Below are positions 1-9,962 of a stretch of 58,387 bases of DNA, piece after piece. The DNA comes from Anaerolineae bacterium (GTDB lineage: Bacteria > Chloroflexota > Anaerolineae > Aggregatilineales > Phototrophicaceae), in assembly GCA_013821665.1 (NCBI GenBank), contig JACDGI010000001.1, forward strand, positions 1 through 58,387, in the 5' to 3' direction. The position numbers and the translations under genes were made by a program. The notes below the pieces were generated by a model. It searched no databases. It saw nothing but the letters and a program-made list of their open reading frames with translations, and was not told the origin of the DNA. Position 1 is the stretch's first letter. The number at the start of each line of letters is the position of its first letter.

Positions 1-890
1 CCAATCAAAAGATCACGAAAGAGCGCTTCCACGCCGATACTATTATTTTGGAGAAAGCGCTCATAGTCGTCGATTATCTCGATGCGGTTCACCGCCATCA
101 GGCGCTCAATGCGGCGCTGGAGAGTGCTGTCTTTGTACTGCGAAAAATCATGACCGGTTTGGGCGCGAATCATCTGTAAAATCTTTTGTAGGGATTGGGC
201 GGTTGGGTTCATGTGGGCTGTAACTGGAACGCTGTTTATTTTGGCACCGAAGGCTAATTTCTGATAGCTGAGCAACTGTTCAGGCATAGCAACCACCGGC
301 AGAACATAATCGACCAAGCCGGTGGCAATCGCGCTGCGAGGCATCCCATCATACACGGTCGAGGTGGGGTCTTGCACCATGATCATCCCACCGGCTTCCT
401 TAATCGCTTTGAGCCCCAACGTACCGTCGCTGGCCGTACCCGATAGAATGATGCCAATGGCCCTATTGTGCGCCTCGTTCGCGAGGGAGCGAAAAAAATA
501 ATCAATCGGTAATCGGATTTTGGTACCCTCGGTGGGTTGAAGCAGTTGCAATTTTCCGTTGAAAACCACCAGCATGGCATTCGGCGGAATAACATAGACG
601 TTATTCGGTTCAATCTGCATATCGTTTTTGACCTGCTGTACCGGCATTTCCGTGTAGCGCTGGATCAGCGTCGCCAGAATACTTTCGTAATCGGGGGCGA
701 GATGCTGGATCACGACGAAAGCCATCCCACTGACCGGGGACATCTGCGTGAAAAAGGCTTCAAACGCCTCTAAGCCGCCCGCTGATGCACCAATCCCAAC
801 GAGAGGAACAGTACCAACCGGAAGGGCTTGGCCGTTTGTAGCAAGCGAGGATGGTTTCATCTCCTCTAAACTGGCTTCTTGATCATTCAT
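1..890 (-). CDS. CheB methylesterase / CheR methyltransferase fusion protein (partial; 3' end runs off the window start)
   Basis: Manual translation from ATG at 890: MNDQEASLEEMKP...VGIGASAGGLEAFE (CheB motif), IILSGTASDGTLG, and the CheR-like FSQYKDSTLQRRIERLM...EALFRDLLIG at the edge. Not in the ORF track because it is open at the window edge. Confidence 0.9.
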   Translation of the reverse strand, partial: MNDQEASLEEMKPSSLATNGQALPVGTVPLVGIGASAGGLEAFEAFFTQMSPVSGMAFVVIQHLAPDYESILATLIQRYTEMPVQQVKNDMQIEPNNVYVIPPNAMLVVFNGKLQLLQPTEGTKIRLPIDYFFRSLANEAHNRAIGIILSGTASDGTLGLKAIKEAGGMIMVQDPTSTVYDGMPRSAIATGLVDYVLPVVAMPEQLLSYQKLAFGAKINSVPVTAHMNPTAQSLQKILQMIRAQTGHDFSQYKDSTLQRRIERLMAVNRIEIIDDYERFLQNNSIGVEALFRDLLI

Positions 891-1032
891 AAAATCGAAC
901 TCTACCTTCCTTACGACCACTCAACACAAGTTCACTCTGCCAAAACTATGCTCGGATATGCGTCATAGAACACGTTGAAGACCTATAGAAGTTTTGTCAT
1001 CCTAACCGCCTATTGTATCAGGTAGAGTTTGT

Positions 1033-1486
1033 TATAGGACACGCTCTGCACCCCATAACCGATTATTTTGTGCCATCTGTTGAATCAACTGAATGGTTTC
1101 GGGTAGTACTTTAGGTAGACGGCTCAGGGAACGAGATTTGAACCACCAGAATAGACGAAACATCTCCCGAGCCAACGTAGCAAGGTGTCTGGTTGGACAA
1201 TCAGCAGCGTTTGCTTCCAGAAGGGGGTCATGCGGGCAAGTAAAACCAAGATCAAACGATCCTGATTGATCAAGTGTGGTCGTTTAACTTAATGGCAAAG
1301 GACCATAAGCTGTTGGCGAAGCAAAGCATTCTCAAGGATAAGGTCTGTCCGAGTTTTGGGTAAATTGGCGATAAAACCAGTGGCAATGTGTTCTGGTTTT
1401 GTCCATTGTCGAACCACCTGCCTAAAATCGACAAGAACCGATAAAATTTGTTTGGGTATGTCATACAGCCGAGAGAAGATCAGCAA
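1033..1486 (-). pseudogene. Degraded N-terminal fragment of an integrase-core (rve)-type transposase
   Basis: DLILENALLRQQLMVL, then after frameshifts VKRPHLINQDRLILVLLAR...LLIVQPDTLLRW...ETIQLIQQMAQNNRLWGAERV, the typical N-terminus of rve transposases; several frame breaks and no catalytic core. Confidence 0.7.
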
Positions 1487-1543
1487 TCTGCCGCCTTTCT
1501 AATCAAATTTAAGACACACAGACGAAATAAGTCTTGAAAACCC

Positions 1544-1610
1544 CACTTAACATGAGCTATCTGGTAAACCCCAAATAGCGTCTGACGAGTACCCCTAACC
1601 TGATGAATAT
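1544..1610 (+). repeat. 67-bp direct repeat, copy 1 (identical to 54469-54535)
   Basis: CACTTAACATGAGCTATCTGGTAAACCCCAAATAGCGTCTGACGAGTACCCCTAACCTGATGAATAT read at both positions. Confidence 0.95.
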
Positions 1611-1644
1611 GGGGTTTTCTGCATATTCCCCCGAAAAGGTATAG

Positions 1645-2208
1645 TCAGCAATTTTCAAAGGGGAGATCGTCACTGAGGTAGCGGTAAACAGTCGCTTTTG
1701 AGACGTTGTAATCGCGCATCAAAACTCGAACTAAGTCTCCCTGTAGACGGCGTTGGCGCAAATCAGCAATCTGGTCAGCCGTCAATTTCGGTCTCGCCCC
1801 GAATTGAATCCCACTGGCTTTGGCTTTGTGAATACCATCCATCTGACGTTCAGCCCGAATCTCAGTCTCAAATTGGGCAATGGCGCCCAGCATATTGAAT
1901 AGTAAGCGGCCAGTGGCATCACTGGTGTCGATGTTCTGGTCAATGACATGAAGTTGAACGCCTTTGCGCGCTAAGGTATCGGCGATCTGGCAAAGATGGA
2001 GCGTTGAGCGGGCAAGGCGGTCCATCCGGGTGATGACCAATGTATCACCTTCGCGGATATATTCCAGGCAGGCAACCAATCGCGGACGCTGGCCGGAAGT
2101 TGCGCTTTGCTTTTCCTCAAATACTTTGTCGCAGTGGCTGAGTTTGTCGATCTGCGCCGCTAGGCTCTGCCCCACCGAACTGACCCGTGCGTAGCCAATC
2201 AATGCCAT
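1645..2208 (-). CDS. tnpR: Serine resolvase
   Basis: MALIGYARVSS...Q, GDTLVITRMDRLARS, AQFETEIRAERQ, C-terminal HTH VSKATVYRYL; start re-called at ATG 2208. Confidence 0.95.
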   Translation of the reverse strand: MALIGYARVSSVGQSLAAQIDKLSHCDKVFEEKQSATSGQRPRLVACLEYIREGDTLVITRMDRLARSTLHLCQIADTLARKGVQLHVIDQNIDTSDATGRLLFNMLGAIAQFETEIRAERQMDGIHKAKASGIQFGARPKLTADQIADLRQRRLQGDLVRVLMRDYNVSKATVYRYLSDDLPFENC

Positions 2209-2214
2209 AATGAA

Positions 2215-2325
2215 CTCCAAGTAGCATAACATTTTAGACCCTGTGAGAAGCATAGCATGAGACATGAAATGAGACATCGTTTCGGTGCGTCTCACAAGGT
2301 GTACTTTCCAAGACGATAAGGTGAC
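2215..2325. promoter_or_regulatory. Putative res site and divergent promoters of the Tn3 element
   Basis: Lies between divergent tnpR and tnpA; contains repeated TGAGAC/GTCTCA half-sites (TGAGACATGAAATGAGACATCGTTTCGGTGCGTCTCA). Confidence 0.65.
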
Positions 2326-2328
2326 CGA

Positions 2329-5300
2329 ATGTCCTCACGACCTGCCTCAAGAAGATTGGCAATTCTCAGTCCTGATGAAATCGAAGCACTCTATGAGCGT
2401 CCGGAGTTCAACGCCGAAGAGCGCGCCATCTACTTTCAACTGACCTCGCCTGAGAAGATTGTCCTTTCTCAGTTAGGAACACCCTCATCAAAGATTCACT
2501 TTATTTTGCAACTCGGTTATTTCAAAGCACGCCACCGATTTTTTATCTTTGATATTGATGAGGTGCTCGCGGATGGCCACTACATCCAGAAAATCTATTT
2601 CCCGTCGAATACCTCACCTTCGACCTCCATCACCAAAGTCACGCGCCTCAAACAGCAGCAAATCATCATACGGTTGACTGGCTATCGCGAATGTGATGAT
2701 GAAGATCGGCGGCAACTGCAAGGCAAAGCTGAGCAACTGGCACGCATTGACAGTCAACCCATCTACATACTCCGTGAGTTACTTCAATATCTTGAACATC
2801 AACAACGGATTGCACCGGGCTACTCCTGGTTTCAAGACATGATCGGTCAGGTGCTTTTGGGTGAACAGGCGCGTCTCATTCACATTGTCCAACGTGACCT
2901 GAGTAAAACGGATCGGGATACGCTGCTAGCGCTGTTGACTAACCCCGATGGAATGTACAAAATCACCCAACTCAAACAGGAACCACGTCACTTTGGCAAT
3001 CGAGAAATCGCTCGTGAAATTCAGCGCGGACAAGCGCTGAAGCCGCTGTATGAAGTCGCCCAACGCGTCATCCCGCAATTGCAAATTTCCAATGAAAGCA
3101 TCAAATACTACGCCTCTTTGGTCAGCTATTACGCCGTTTTTCAACTTCACCAGCTCAATCCCGCCTTGGTAGCCGTGTACCTGCTGTGTTTTATCAATCA
3201 CCGCTACCATCTCTGGCATGATCATCTCATTACCACGCTTTGCTATCGGGTCAAACGCTATCTGGAGGAAGCGAAAACAGCCGCCAAACAGAAGGTCTAT
3301 GAGCAGCAAATCACTTACACAAAGGATTTACAAAAAGCAGGACAGGTTCTCAAACTCATGGTCGATCCTGAGTGGTATCCAGACGATACACCGCTTGCTA
3401 TTCTGCGGGAACACGCCTTCGGTATCATTGACCAGCAAACACTTGAACGGGTCGCTAACCGCCTGACCCATACGCCCGTTATGGACGAAACGGCCTTCCA
3501 ATGGCAGCATCTTGATAGGCTTGCTCGATCATTCAAACTCAGTCTGCGCCCGATCATTCGAGTACTTCACATGGAGATGGCCCAAGCAGCTACCCCCTTG
3601 CAGACCGCCCTCCAATTTTTGCGAACCGCCTGTAATCGACAGCCGCCTCTGTATCAATATGATCCGGAAGATTTCCCGATGGGCTGTGTTGCTCCCTCTC
3701 TCAAAAAGTATCTCTATACGGTGAATGCCAACGGCAAACGCCATCTTCAGGTCGATCGTTACGAGTTTATGATCTACCGTCTCGTATTTCAGGCTATTGA
3801 GTCAGGTGATTTGTACTGCATCCACAGCGTTCAGTTTCGCCCTATTAAAGATGAATTGCTCAGTGACAACCGCTGGCAACAGAAAGAAACGCTGATCCAG
3901 CGTACCCATCTGTCTATTCTGCGCGATGACATCCATCAGCACCTTGAGCGGCTTGAAAACCAATTGGAAAACCAGGTTATCGTTGTCAATCAACGGATTG
4001 CCTCCAAAGAAAATACGGCACTACAAATCAAGACTCACGCATCGGGAGAAACCTGGTCGATGCCACAACCCTCACTGAAAACGGCAATTAACCATCCTTT
4101 TTTCAATACTTTGCACCAGATTGATATTCATACCGTGTTGCACTTCGTTCAGCAGCGCTGCCAGTTCATGGATGCTTTTCACCCTCTTCTGAGCCGCAAA
4201 CGCGCCACCACCTTGGAGGAAACGGCTCTGATTGCTAGTGTGGTTGCTTGGGGAACCAATACTGGTCTCGGACGTATGGGCAATATCTCTGATGTCTCCA
4301 ACCAACAACTTGCTACCGTATCAGATAACTTTCTACGTCCACAGACACTACGCGAGGCTAATGACCGAATCAGTGACTACATCGCTAGCCTGCCCATCTT
4401 TCCACATTATCTGATCAACGATCTGGTTCATTCCAGCAGTGATGGACAGAAATTTGAAACGGCACTCCCGACCTTTAATGCCCGTTATTCGCCCAAATAC
4501 TTCGGACTCAAAAAAGGCGTTGTGGCTTACACCCTGATTGCCAATCACGTCCCGATTAACGCCCGGGTCATCGGCGCACACGAACATGAAAGCCATTATG
4601 TGTTTGATATCCTCACCAACAACACCACAACCATCCAGCCCGATGTCCATTCCACCGATGTCCACGGAATCAACCACCTCAACTTTGCCATTTTGCACAT
4701 CTTTGGCTACCAGTTTGCACCACGCTACAAAGATCTCCATCATCAGATCCAGACAGGGCTATGCGGCTTCAAAGCGCCACAGGCCTATGATGAATCTTTC
4801 TTGATCAAGCCTATTCGCAAAATCCGAACGGATTTCATTATTCAGGAATGGGACAATATTCAGCGTTTGATGGTATCGCTGGCCCTCAAGACGACCTCAC
4901 AGCATTTGCTCATCCGCAAACTCCATGCCTACACCCGCCAGCACCGCATCCGACGTGCATTGGCGGAATATGACCACATCATTCGTAGTTTGTACTTGCT
5001 GAGCTACCTAGACTCACTTCAACTCCGCCACAATGTCCAGCGCGCCTTGAATCGTGGCGAGAGTTATCACCAACTACGGCAGGCTGTGGCTTACGCCAAC
5101 TTTGGCAAACTGCGTTTCCGAACCCCTTATGAGCAGCAATTGTGGCAGGAATGCAGTCGCCTGATGACCAACAGCATTGTTGCTTACAATGCCACTCTTC
5201 TCTCAAATCTGCTTCTTCATCACCAGCATACCGATAACCTCCAACAGCTTCAGCTACTGCGGCGCGTGTCTCCTGTTGCCTGGCAGCATATCAACTTTTA

Positions 5301-5397
5301 CGGACGTTATGAGTTCAACAAGCCACCCCAGGTGGTTGATATTCCCGCTTTGACCCAGCAGTTGGCGCAGCTCGATATTGCCTTACTCGAGGAATGA
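2329..5397 (+). CDS. tnpA: Tn3-family DDE transposase
   Basis: 1022 aa; SSSDGQKF, HSTDVHG, FAPRYKD and LNRGESYHQLRQA motifs of Tn3 transposases. Confidence 0.97.
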   Translation: MSSRPASRRLAILSPDEIEALYERPEFNAEERAIYFQLTSPEKIVLSQLGTPSSKIHFILQLGYFKARHRFFIFDIDEVLADGHYIQKIYFPSNTSPSTSITKVTRLKQQQIIIRLTGYRECDDEDRRQLQGKAEQLARIDSQPIYILRELLQYLEHQQRIAPGYSWFQDMIGQVLLGEQARLIHIVQRDLSKTDRDTLLALLTNPDGMYKITQLKQEPRHFGNREIAREIQRGQALKPLYEVAQRVIPQLQISNESIKYYASLVSYYAVFQLHQLNPALVAVYLLCFINHRYHLWHDHLITTLCYRVKRYLEEAKTAAKQKVYEQQITYTKDLQKAGQVLKLMVDPEWYPDDTPLAILREHAFGIIDQQTLERVANRLTHTPVMDETAFQWQHLDRLARSFKLSLRPIIRVLHMEMAQAATPLQTALQFLRTACNRQPPLYQYDPEDFPMGCVAPSLKKYLYTVNANGKRHLQVDRYEFMIYRLVFQAIESGDLYCIHSVQFRPIKDELLSDNRWQQKETLIQRTHLSILRDDIHQHLERLENQLENQVIVVNQRIASKENTALQIKTHASGETWSMPQPSLKTAINHPFFNTLHQIDIHTVLHFVQQRCQFMDAFHPLLSRKRATTLEETALIASVVAWGTNTGLGRMGNISDVSNQQLATVSDNFLRPQTLREANDRISDYIASLPIFPHYLINDLVHSSSDGQKFETALPTFNARYSPKYFGLKKGVVAYTLIANHVPINARVIGAHEHESHYVFDILTNNTTTIQPDVHSTDVHGINHLNFAILHIFGYQFAPRYKDLHHQIQTGLCGFKAPQAYDESFLIKPIRKIRTDFIIQEWDNIQRLMVSLALKTTSQHLLIRKLHAYTRQHRIRRALAEYDHIIRSLYLLSYLDSLQLRHNVQRALNRGESYHQLRQAVAYANFGKLRFRTPYEQQLWQECSRLMTNSIVAYNATLLSNLLLHHQHTDNLQQLQLLRRVSPVAWQHINFYGRYEFNKPPQVVDIPALTQQLAQLDIALLEE

Positions 5398-6305
5398 ACC
5401 AATTTGCTCTCTGAAAATTACTGACTATACCTTTTCGGGGGAATATGCAGAAAACCCCAATATGACACGATTTTCAAGATACCAACTTAATTGAATACTC
5501 ATTGTTTTAATCCTTAAAATACTTTTTGTCTTAATTATTATGCCGCTAATTACGCGAAAACAATTGAGATTATAGTTGAGGGAATACCTAAAAAACCGGA
5601 CAGGACGGTTTTATCTGACCTAAAAGCTATTTAGGAACGGTCAAGATATTTCTGCGATTGCTCTAGATAGAGGAGTAGTTCAGTCCTTGGCCCGCTATGC
5701 TGAATGATCTCTGTGATTTGCTTAAGATTTGAATGAAGATATTCAAGAGTTCGTTCTAATTTAGCTTTTGAATAGGTTAATTCCAAAGTCCGGTCTTCAA
5801 CTTGCTGTTCCAGTTCATAGTGAGCTTCTACCAACGCTTCTTGTGCTTGCTTCAGTTCAGTTATATTCCGCCCGATCCCCATAATACCGGCAATCTTTCC
5901 GTTCCGATCTCGCCATACGGCCTTACTCGTTAGAAGCCAGCCATCTTTGCCTGTACGGAAATCGAAGGTTCTCTCCTCTTGATTAATGAGCGGTAAACTC
6001 GTTCGTATAACTGTTTGTTCATCCTCATAATATTTTGAGGCTAACTCATGAGAGAAGAAGTCAAAGTCTGTCTTCCCGATGAGTTCATCAGGTGTCGACA
6101 CGCCCATCAAGTGAGCGACGGTTATGTTGCCAACTACGAAGCGGCTTTTAGTATCCTTAATGTAGATCCCATCGGGGAGATGATCAATCAGGTCACGTAG
6201 CAAACGGCGTTCATCGGCCAATGCCCTATGTGCCATAATGGATGAAACAACTTCACCTTCAAAGTTTAGTAAACAATTGGAGGGCGGAGAACAGGGACAA
6301 AGCAC

Positions 6306-6659
6306 ATGTTAGAAGAGCGCAAAGCGAACCCGGAAGTGGAACCGAAAGTCGAGCGTCGTCGGTTCACGGCAGAGTACAAACGGCGGATGGTGGTTGAAGC
6401 GGAGGAGTGCCAGCATGGCGAGTTAGGGTCAGTGCTGCGACGGGAGGGCTTGACTTACGCCCAGATTAGTCAGTGGCGCAGCGCGTATGCGGAGGGGACA
6501 TTAGGCAAGAAACGCGGTCCTGTCGCCAACCCGAACCGGGCAGAAATGCGTCGTTTGGAAGCCGAGAATGCGCGGCTGAAGCGCGAGTTGGAACGGGCAG
6601 GACTGATCATTGATGCCCAAAAAAAGCTGGCACGCCTGCTGGAGGAGGAACAATCGTGA
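6306..6659 (+). CDS. IS3-family transposase OrfA
   Basis: RRRFTAEYKRR HTH, LRREGL, leucine zipper RLEAENARLKREL; A7G slippery site at 6619-6626 whose -1 frame reads into OrfB. Confidence 0.92.
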   Translation: MLEERKANPEVEPKVERRRFTAEYKRRMVVEAEECQHGELGSVLRREGLTYAQISQWRSAYAEGTLGKKRGPVANPNRAEMRRLEAENARLKRELERAGLIIDAQKKLARLLEEEQS

Positions 6660-7639
6660 GGGAACTTGCAACCCAAATTGGTGTGAAGCGTGCCTGTGAA
6701 GCGCTGAATATGTCACGCAGTCAAGTCTACCGGGAACGGCAAGCGAAAGCCGAGCCAGCACCGCGTCCAACACCGGCGCATGCCCTGTCGAGTGCGGAAC
6801 GAGCGCAGGTGCGGGCGACACTCAATAGTGCGCGTTTCATGGATCAAGCGCCGCGTCAGGTGTATGCGGCATTGCTGGATGAGGGGCACTATTTGTGTCA
6901 CTGGCGCACCATGTATCGAGTGCTTGCGGCTCACGGTGAGGTGTGCGAACGGCGCCTCATCCGTCGTCATCCGCTCTACAACAAGCCTGAATTGCTGGCA
7001 CAAGCCCCCAACCAGGTCTGGTCATGGGACATTACCTGGCTGCGCGGAGCCCATAAGTTGGAGAAGTACCCGCTCTACACTGTACTGGATATTTTTAGCC
7101 GCTATGTCGTTGGCTGGATGATTGCCGAAGTCGAGAGCAGTGAATTAGCCAAGCACTTAATCGCTGAAACCGCTGGCAAACAGGGCATTCAGCCTGAACA
7201 ACTCACCCTGCACGCGGACAATGGCATTCCCATGAAAGGTAAGCCCTTGAGCCAACTGCTGCTTGATTTGCATATCACCAAAAGTCACAGCCGTCCCCAT
7301 ACTTCCGATGACAATCCGTTCAGTGAGGCACACTTCAAAACCATGAAATACCGTCCCGATTATCCTGACCGTTTCGCTTCCATTGACGCAGCACGCCTCT
7401 GGGCAAGAACTTTCTTCGGCTGGTACAACGATGTCCATTACCATTCTGGGCTGAACCTGCTGACTCCGGCCAGTGTCCATTATGGCCAGTCACATGGCGT
7501 TCAACAGCAGCGCCAAGGCGTTATGTCGGCGGCATTTCAGGCTTCTCCACAACGTTTTCGAGCTGGCTTGCCCAACGTACAGGGTGCTCCAAACGCCGTC
7601 TACATCAATCCGCCTAATCTGGCAGAAAACCTTTCTTAA
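6656..7639 (+). CDS. IS3-family transposase OrfB (DDE integrase core)
   Basis: PNQVWSWDITW, LDIFSRYVVGW, LHADNG, DNPFSEAHFKTMKY. Confidence 0.95.
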   Translation: MRELATQIGVKRACEALNMSRSQVYRERQAKAEPAPRPTPAHALSSAERAQVRATLNSARFMDQAPRQVYAALLDEGHYLCHWRTMYRVLAAHGEVCERRLIRRHPLYNKPELLAQAPNQVWSWDITWLRGAHKLEKYPLYTVLDIFSRYVVGWMIAEVESSELAKHLIAETAGKQGIQPEQLTLHADNGIPMKGKPLSQLLLDLHITKSHSRPHTSDDNPFSEAHFKTMKYRPDYPDRFASIDAARLWARTFFGWYNDVHYHSGLNLLTPASVHYGQSHGVQQQRQGVMSAAFQASPQRFRAGLPNVQGAPNAVYINPPNLAENLS

Positions 7640-7994
7640 TCTTTTTCACAAAGTTGTTTCAATATCCTTGACACATACCGATGCTTCGATCAATCGGATT
7701 TTAGAAGTATCCTCATAAATCATGATAGATCCTTGTAAGCGGTTATGTGTTCTGTTAATTGATTATATGTTAATTCGACAAGTTTTGTATGGAATATACT
7801 AATTCTTCGCTAATTATTAACAAAGACCACCTGACAGCTTTACTTACTACTAACGGTTCGCCAGAAATTATTCATTTTAGACAAACCGCAGCATGTGAAA
7901 AATCCGTGAATTTCATTTCCTCTTATTTGGCAAATCAATAACAAAGCCTACTCTGTAAGTAACCAATCAATGCTATCAGAGGCTCATCACGGAG

Positions 7995-8225
7995 ATGCTT
8001 ATATCATGTTTCCCCACCACTGAAACGGATAGTCTTGAAATCAAATTAAAACAATTCAAAACAGTCCAACAGGCTGCTCATGACCTCATGCAGCAGGAAC
8101 ACAGACAGCAAGCGGTAGCGACTTACCTAGCAGTATCCGAGCGGATACTCGAAATTGAATTAGAGTTAATCGCTAGACAACAACCCCTTTCGATTTATGA
8201 TGAGTGCGATCATGAGCAAAATTGA
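7995..8225 (+). CDS. Small hypothetical protein
   Basis: 76-aa ORF preceded by GGAG; no recognisable motif. Confidence 0.45.
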   Translation: MLISCFPTTETDSLEIKLKQFKTVQQAAHDLMQQEHRQQAVATYLAVSERILEIELELIARQQPLSIYDECDHEQN

Positions 8226-8474
8226 GAAATTACAACGTACATATGGGATAATCGCCCCTTAATCTTGCCGACCAGCACTGCCTATGAACTGACCGCACAT
8301 GACCATTACTTTTACATGGTGACATGGTGCGGTGATGAACCGGCAGTTTTTTCACGGTTTGAGTTTACAGGGATCAATGCTGGATCATATGAAATCAGTA
8401 TAAGTGATGCAAATAGTGAAGATACCACAGCGCTGGAGTCGGATGAGTGGGTGCTAGTTTTCCAGCAATTTTAA
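8212..8474 (+). pseudogene. Small hypothetical protein with an apparent 1-bp frameshift
   Basis: ATG at 8212 overlaps the upstream stop (MSKIEKLQRTYG); one extra G in the GGG run joins it to the 8265-8474 ORF (DNRPLILPTSTAYEL...). Confidence 0.35.
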
Positions 8475-8601
8475 CTATCAGGAATCCAACTAGCGCCTCT
8501 CAAACTACCCGGCGCACCGATTTACTGCTTTCTGCTCTAAACTCCAGCGACTCAGGCCCTCCCCACCTCACACCCGCCCTGCCCCATATTCGGTTAGGGT
8601 T

Positions 8602-9384
8602 CTATGAAAGTGGACGTTTTAGATAAGCCACATAGCGGTCTAATCGCTGGTCATCTATGACCACGCTCACCAGTTCCCAGCCGTCAGTGAGTGCATTTAA
8701 TTGTGTCAGCAGTGCATCTGCATTTGTATTCGTGATAACACGATATTGCCACTGTTGCCCAGAAGCCGGGGGTAGCTCCGGCACGGTAGGAGGCTGATTA
8801 GGAGCGGAGGGCGCAGAGGAATTAAACTCAATCGCCAATACAGGATGCAATTCAATTCCGTTAGGAGCAACCCCTGTCTGCCCATGTAGGGTATCGAAAA
8901 AGCCAACGCCCGTTACTTTTATAGGAACGTTCACGTTCACAAAATGGTCGCTTGCCGTGAACTGAGCATCAAATTGCGCCCGCGCTTGTGTAATTGCCTG
9001 TGAGAATGGGCTAGTATCCCCTACACAATTGGGGGATGGAATTTCAACAATCATGGTGTTGCCGGAAGCGTCAGCAATAACCAAGTGATAGTCTGAGTCG
9101 CTTTCAAATTTGTAGCCAACCAATGTTGCATCGATGCTAAAGACGGTGGTCTCTGTCGGGGAAAGACGCGTGTTGCGAGGCAATGAATCCGGCTTAGGCA
9201 GACCAACCATCGCTGTAATAGTTGTAGATGAAATTGTACTAGTATTTATATTGGGCGCTTCAGCGTCCGTGCCTGTTTTAATGGACCAACGCTCGACACC
9301 ACAGGATTGAGCAAGGGTTGAACTGATCGGAATAACGACTGCACTTAACAGTAAAAGCCAAGCAATTACCCACCAGCGTTTCAT
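8602..9384 (-). CDS. Secreted hypothetical protein (CGVERW family, OB-fold-like) with a short C-terminal DUF4177-like segment
   Basis: Signal peptide; CGVERWSIKTGTD, ESDSDYHLVI, TGVGFFD..HGQTGVAPNGIELHPV; Pro-rich linker then WQYRVI...LNAL..GWELVSV. Confidence 0.8.
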   Translation of the reverse strand: MKRWWVIAWLLLLSAVVIPISSTLAQSCGVERWSIKTGTDAEAPNINTSTISSTTITAMVGLPKPDSLPRNTRLSPTETTVFSIDATLVGYKFESDSDYHLVIADASGNTMIVEIPSPNCVGDTSPFSQAITQARAQFDAQFTASDHFVNVNVPIKVTGVGFFDTLHGQTGVAPNGIELHPVLAIEFNSSAPSAPNQPPTVPELPPASGQQWQYRVITNTNADALLTQLNALTDGWELVSVVIDDQRLDRYVAYLKRPLS

Positions 9385-9546
9385 TTAAGCACCTCTTTAA
9401 GTATTTAAGGGCCAGCATACGTGACTTTGTATTGAAGCTTCGGCCCATTCCAGTTCCACACTACGCCTACTTTCACTACATAGTCAAACGATTTCAGACC
9501 CACGCTACACCAGTTGTCCGGTGTCGGGGTGCTGGCTGGCGTGTAG

Positions 9547-9580
9547 ACCTATAACGAACCTATAAGTAACACGCTATAAT
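9547..9580 (+). promoter_or_regulatory. Tandem ACCTATAA repeats (11-bp period) and TATAAT -10 box; probable leaderless promoter
   Basis: ACCTATAA at 9547-9554 and 9558-9565, TATAAT at 9575-9580, ATG at 9588 with no RBS. Confidence 0.45.
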
Positions 9581-9587
9581 CGATTCT

Positions 9588-9938
9588 ATGTTTGAACATC
9601 GCCGTCAACCAATTGCGCCTCTTTATGTATTCCTACGTCGCTTTGGGCGTTTTGCTCTTGCCGCGCTTGTTTTGCTGCTTGTGGTGTGGGGTATCGGGAT
9701 TGTAGGTTATCGAGTAACAGAGGGTCTCTCGTGGATTGATGCCTGCTTGAATGCCGCCATGCTTCTCGGTGGTATGGGGGAAGTTAATCCGTTGCATACA
9801 AACGCAGGTAAACTGTTTGCCTCATTCTATGCGCTATTTTCAGGTATTGTCTTTCTTGTTACAGTGGGCACGCTTCTTTTGCCAATCCTCCATCGCATAT
9901 TGCATCACTTTCATTTAGCATCTCAAAAAGATAATTAA
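9588..9938 (+). CDS. Small 2-TM ion-channel-like membrane protein
   Basis: TM - EGLSWIDACLNAAMLLGGMG pore-helix-like segment - TNAGKLFASFYALFSG TM. Confidence 0.75.
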   Translation: MFEHRRQPIAPLYVFLRRFGRFALAALVLLLVVWGIGIVGYRVTEGLSWIDACLNAAMLLGGMGEVNPLHTNAGKLFASFYALFSGIVFLVTVGTLLLPILHRILHHFHLASQKDN

Positions 9939-9962
9939 CCCGCTCGAAACCATCTCGGATAC

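Larger units (their letters stand above)
1611..5458. mobile_element. Intact Tn3-family transposon (3,848 bp) with divergent tnpR/tnpA
   Basis: Perfect 38-bp IRs GGGGTTTTCTGCATATTCCCCCGAAAAGGTATAGTCAG at 1611-1648 and 5421-5458; 5-bp TSD AATAT at 1606-1610 and 5459-5463. Confidence 0.97.
6224..7680 (+). mobile_element. IS3-family insertion sequence
   Basis: Imperfect 30-bp IRs (20/30 identical, inner TGAAACAACTT perfect) at 6224-6253 and 7651-7680; flanking ATG(C) duplication; orfA/orfB organisation. Confidence 0.88.
5631..7723 (-). pseudogene. PAS/PAC-domain protein interrupted near its 5' end by the IS3 element
   Basis: Removing 6224-7683 rejoins MIYEDTSKIRLIEA (ATG 7723) in frame to LADERRLLRDLIDHLPDGIYIKD...GKTDFDFF...GIGRNITELK (PAS/PAC), followed by a coiled coil. 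Confidence 0.85.

Noticed and set aside
1309-1320. GCTGTTGGCGAA, a 12-bp match to the IS1182 IR
   Set aside because: It is the antisense of the conserved LRQQL codons of the rve pseudogene; it lacks the terminal GAT, a partner IR and a TSD
6237-6305. N-terminal extension of the 5631-6305 ORF in the track
   Set aside because: Derived from IS3 sequence; the native start is at 7723
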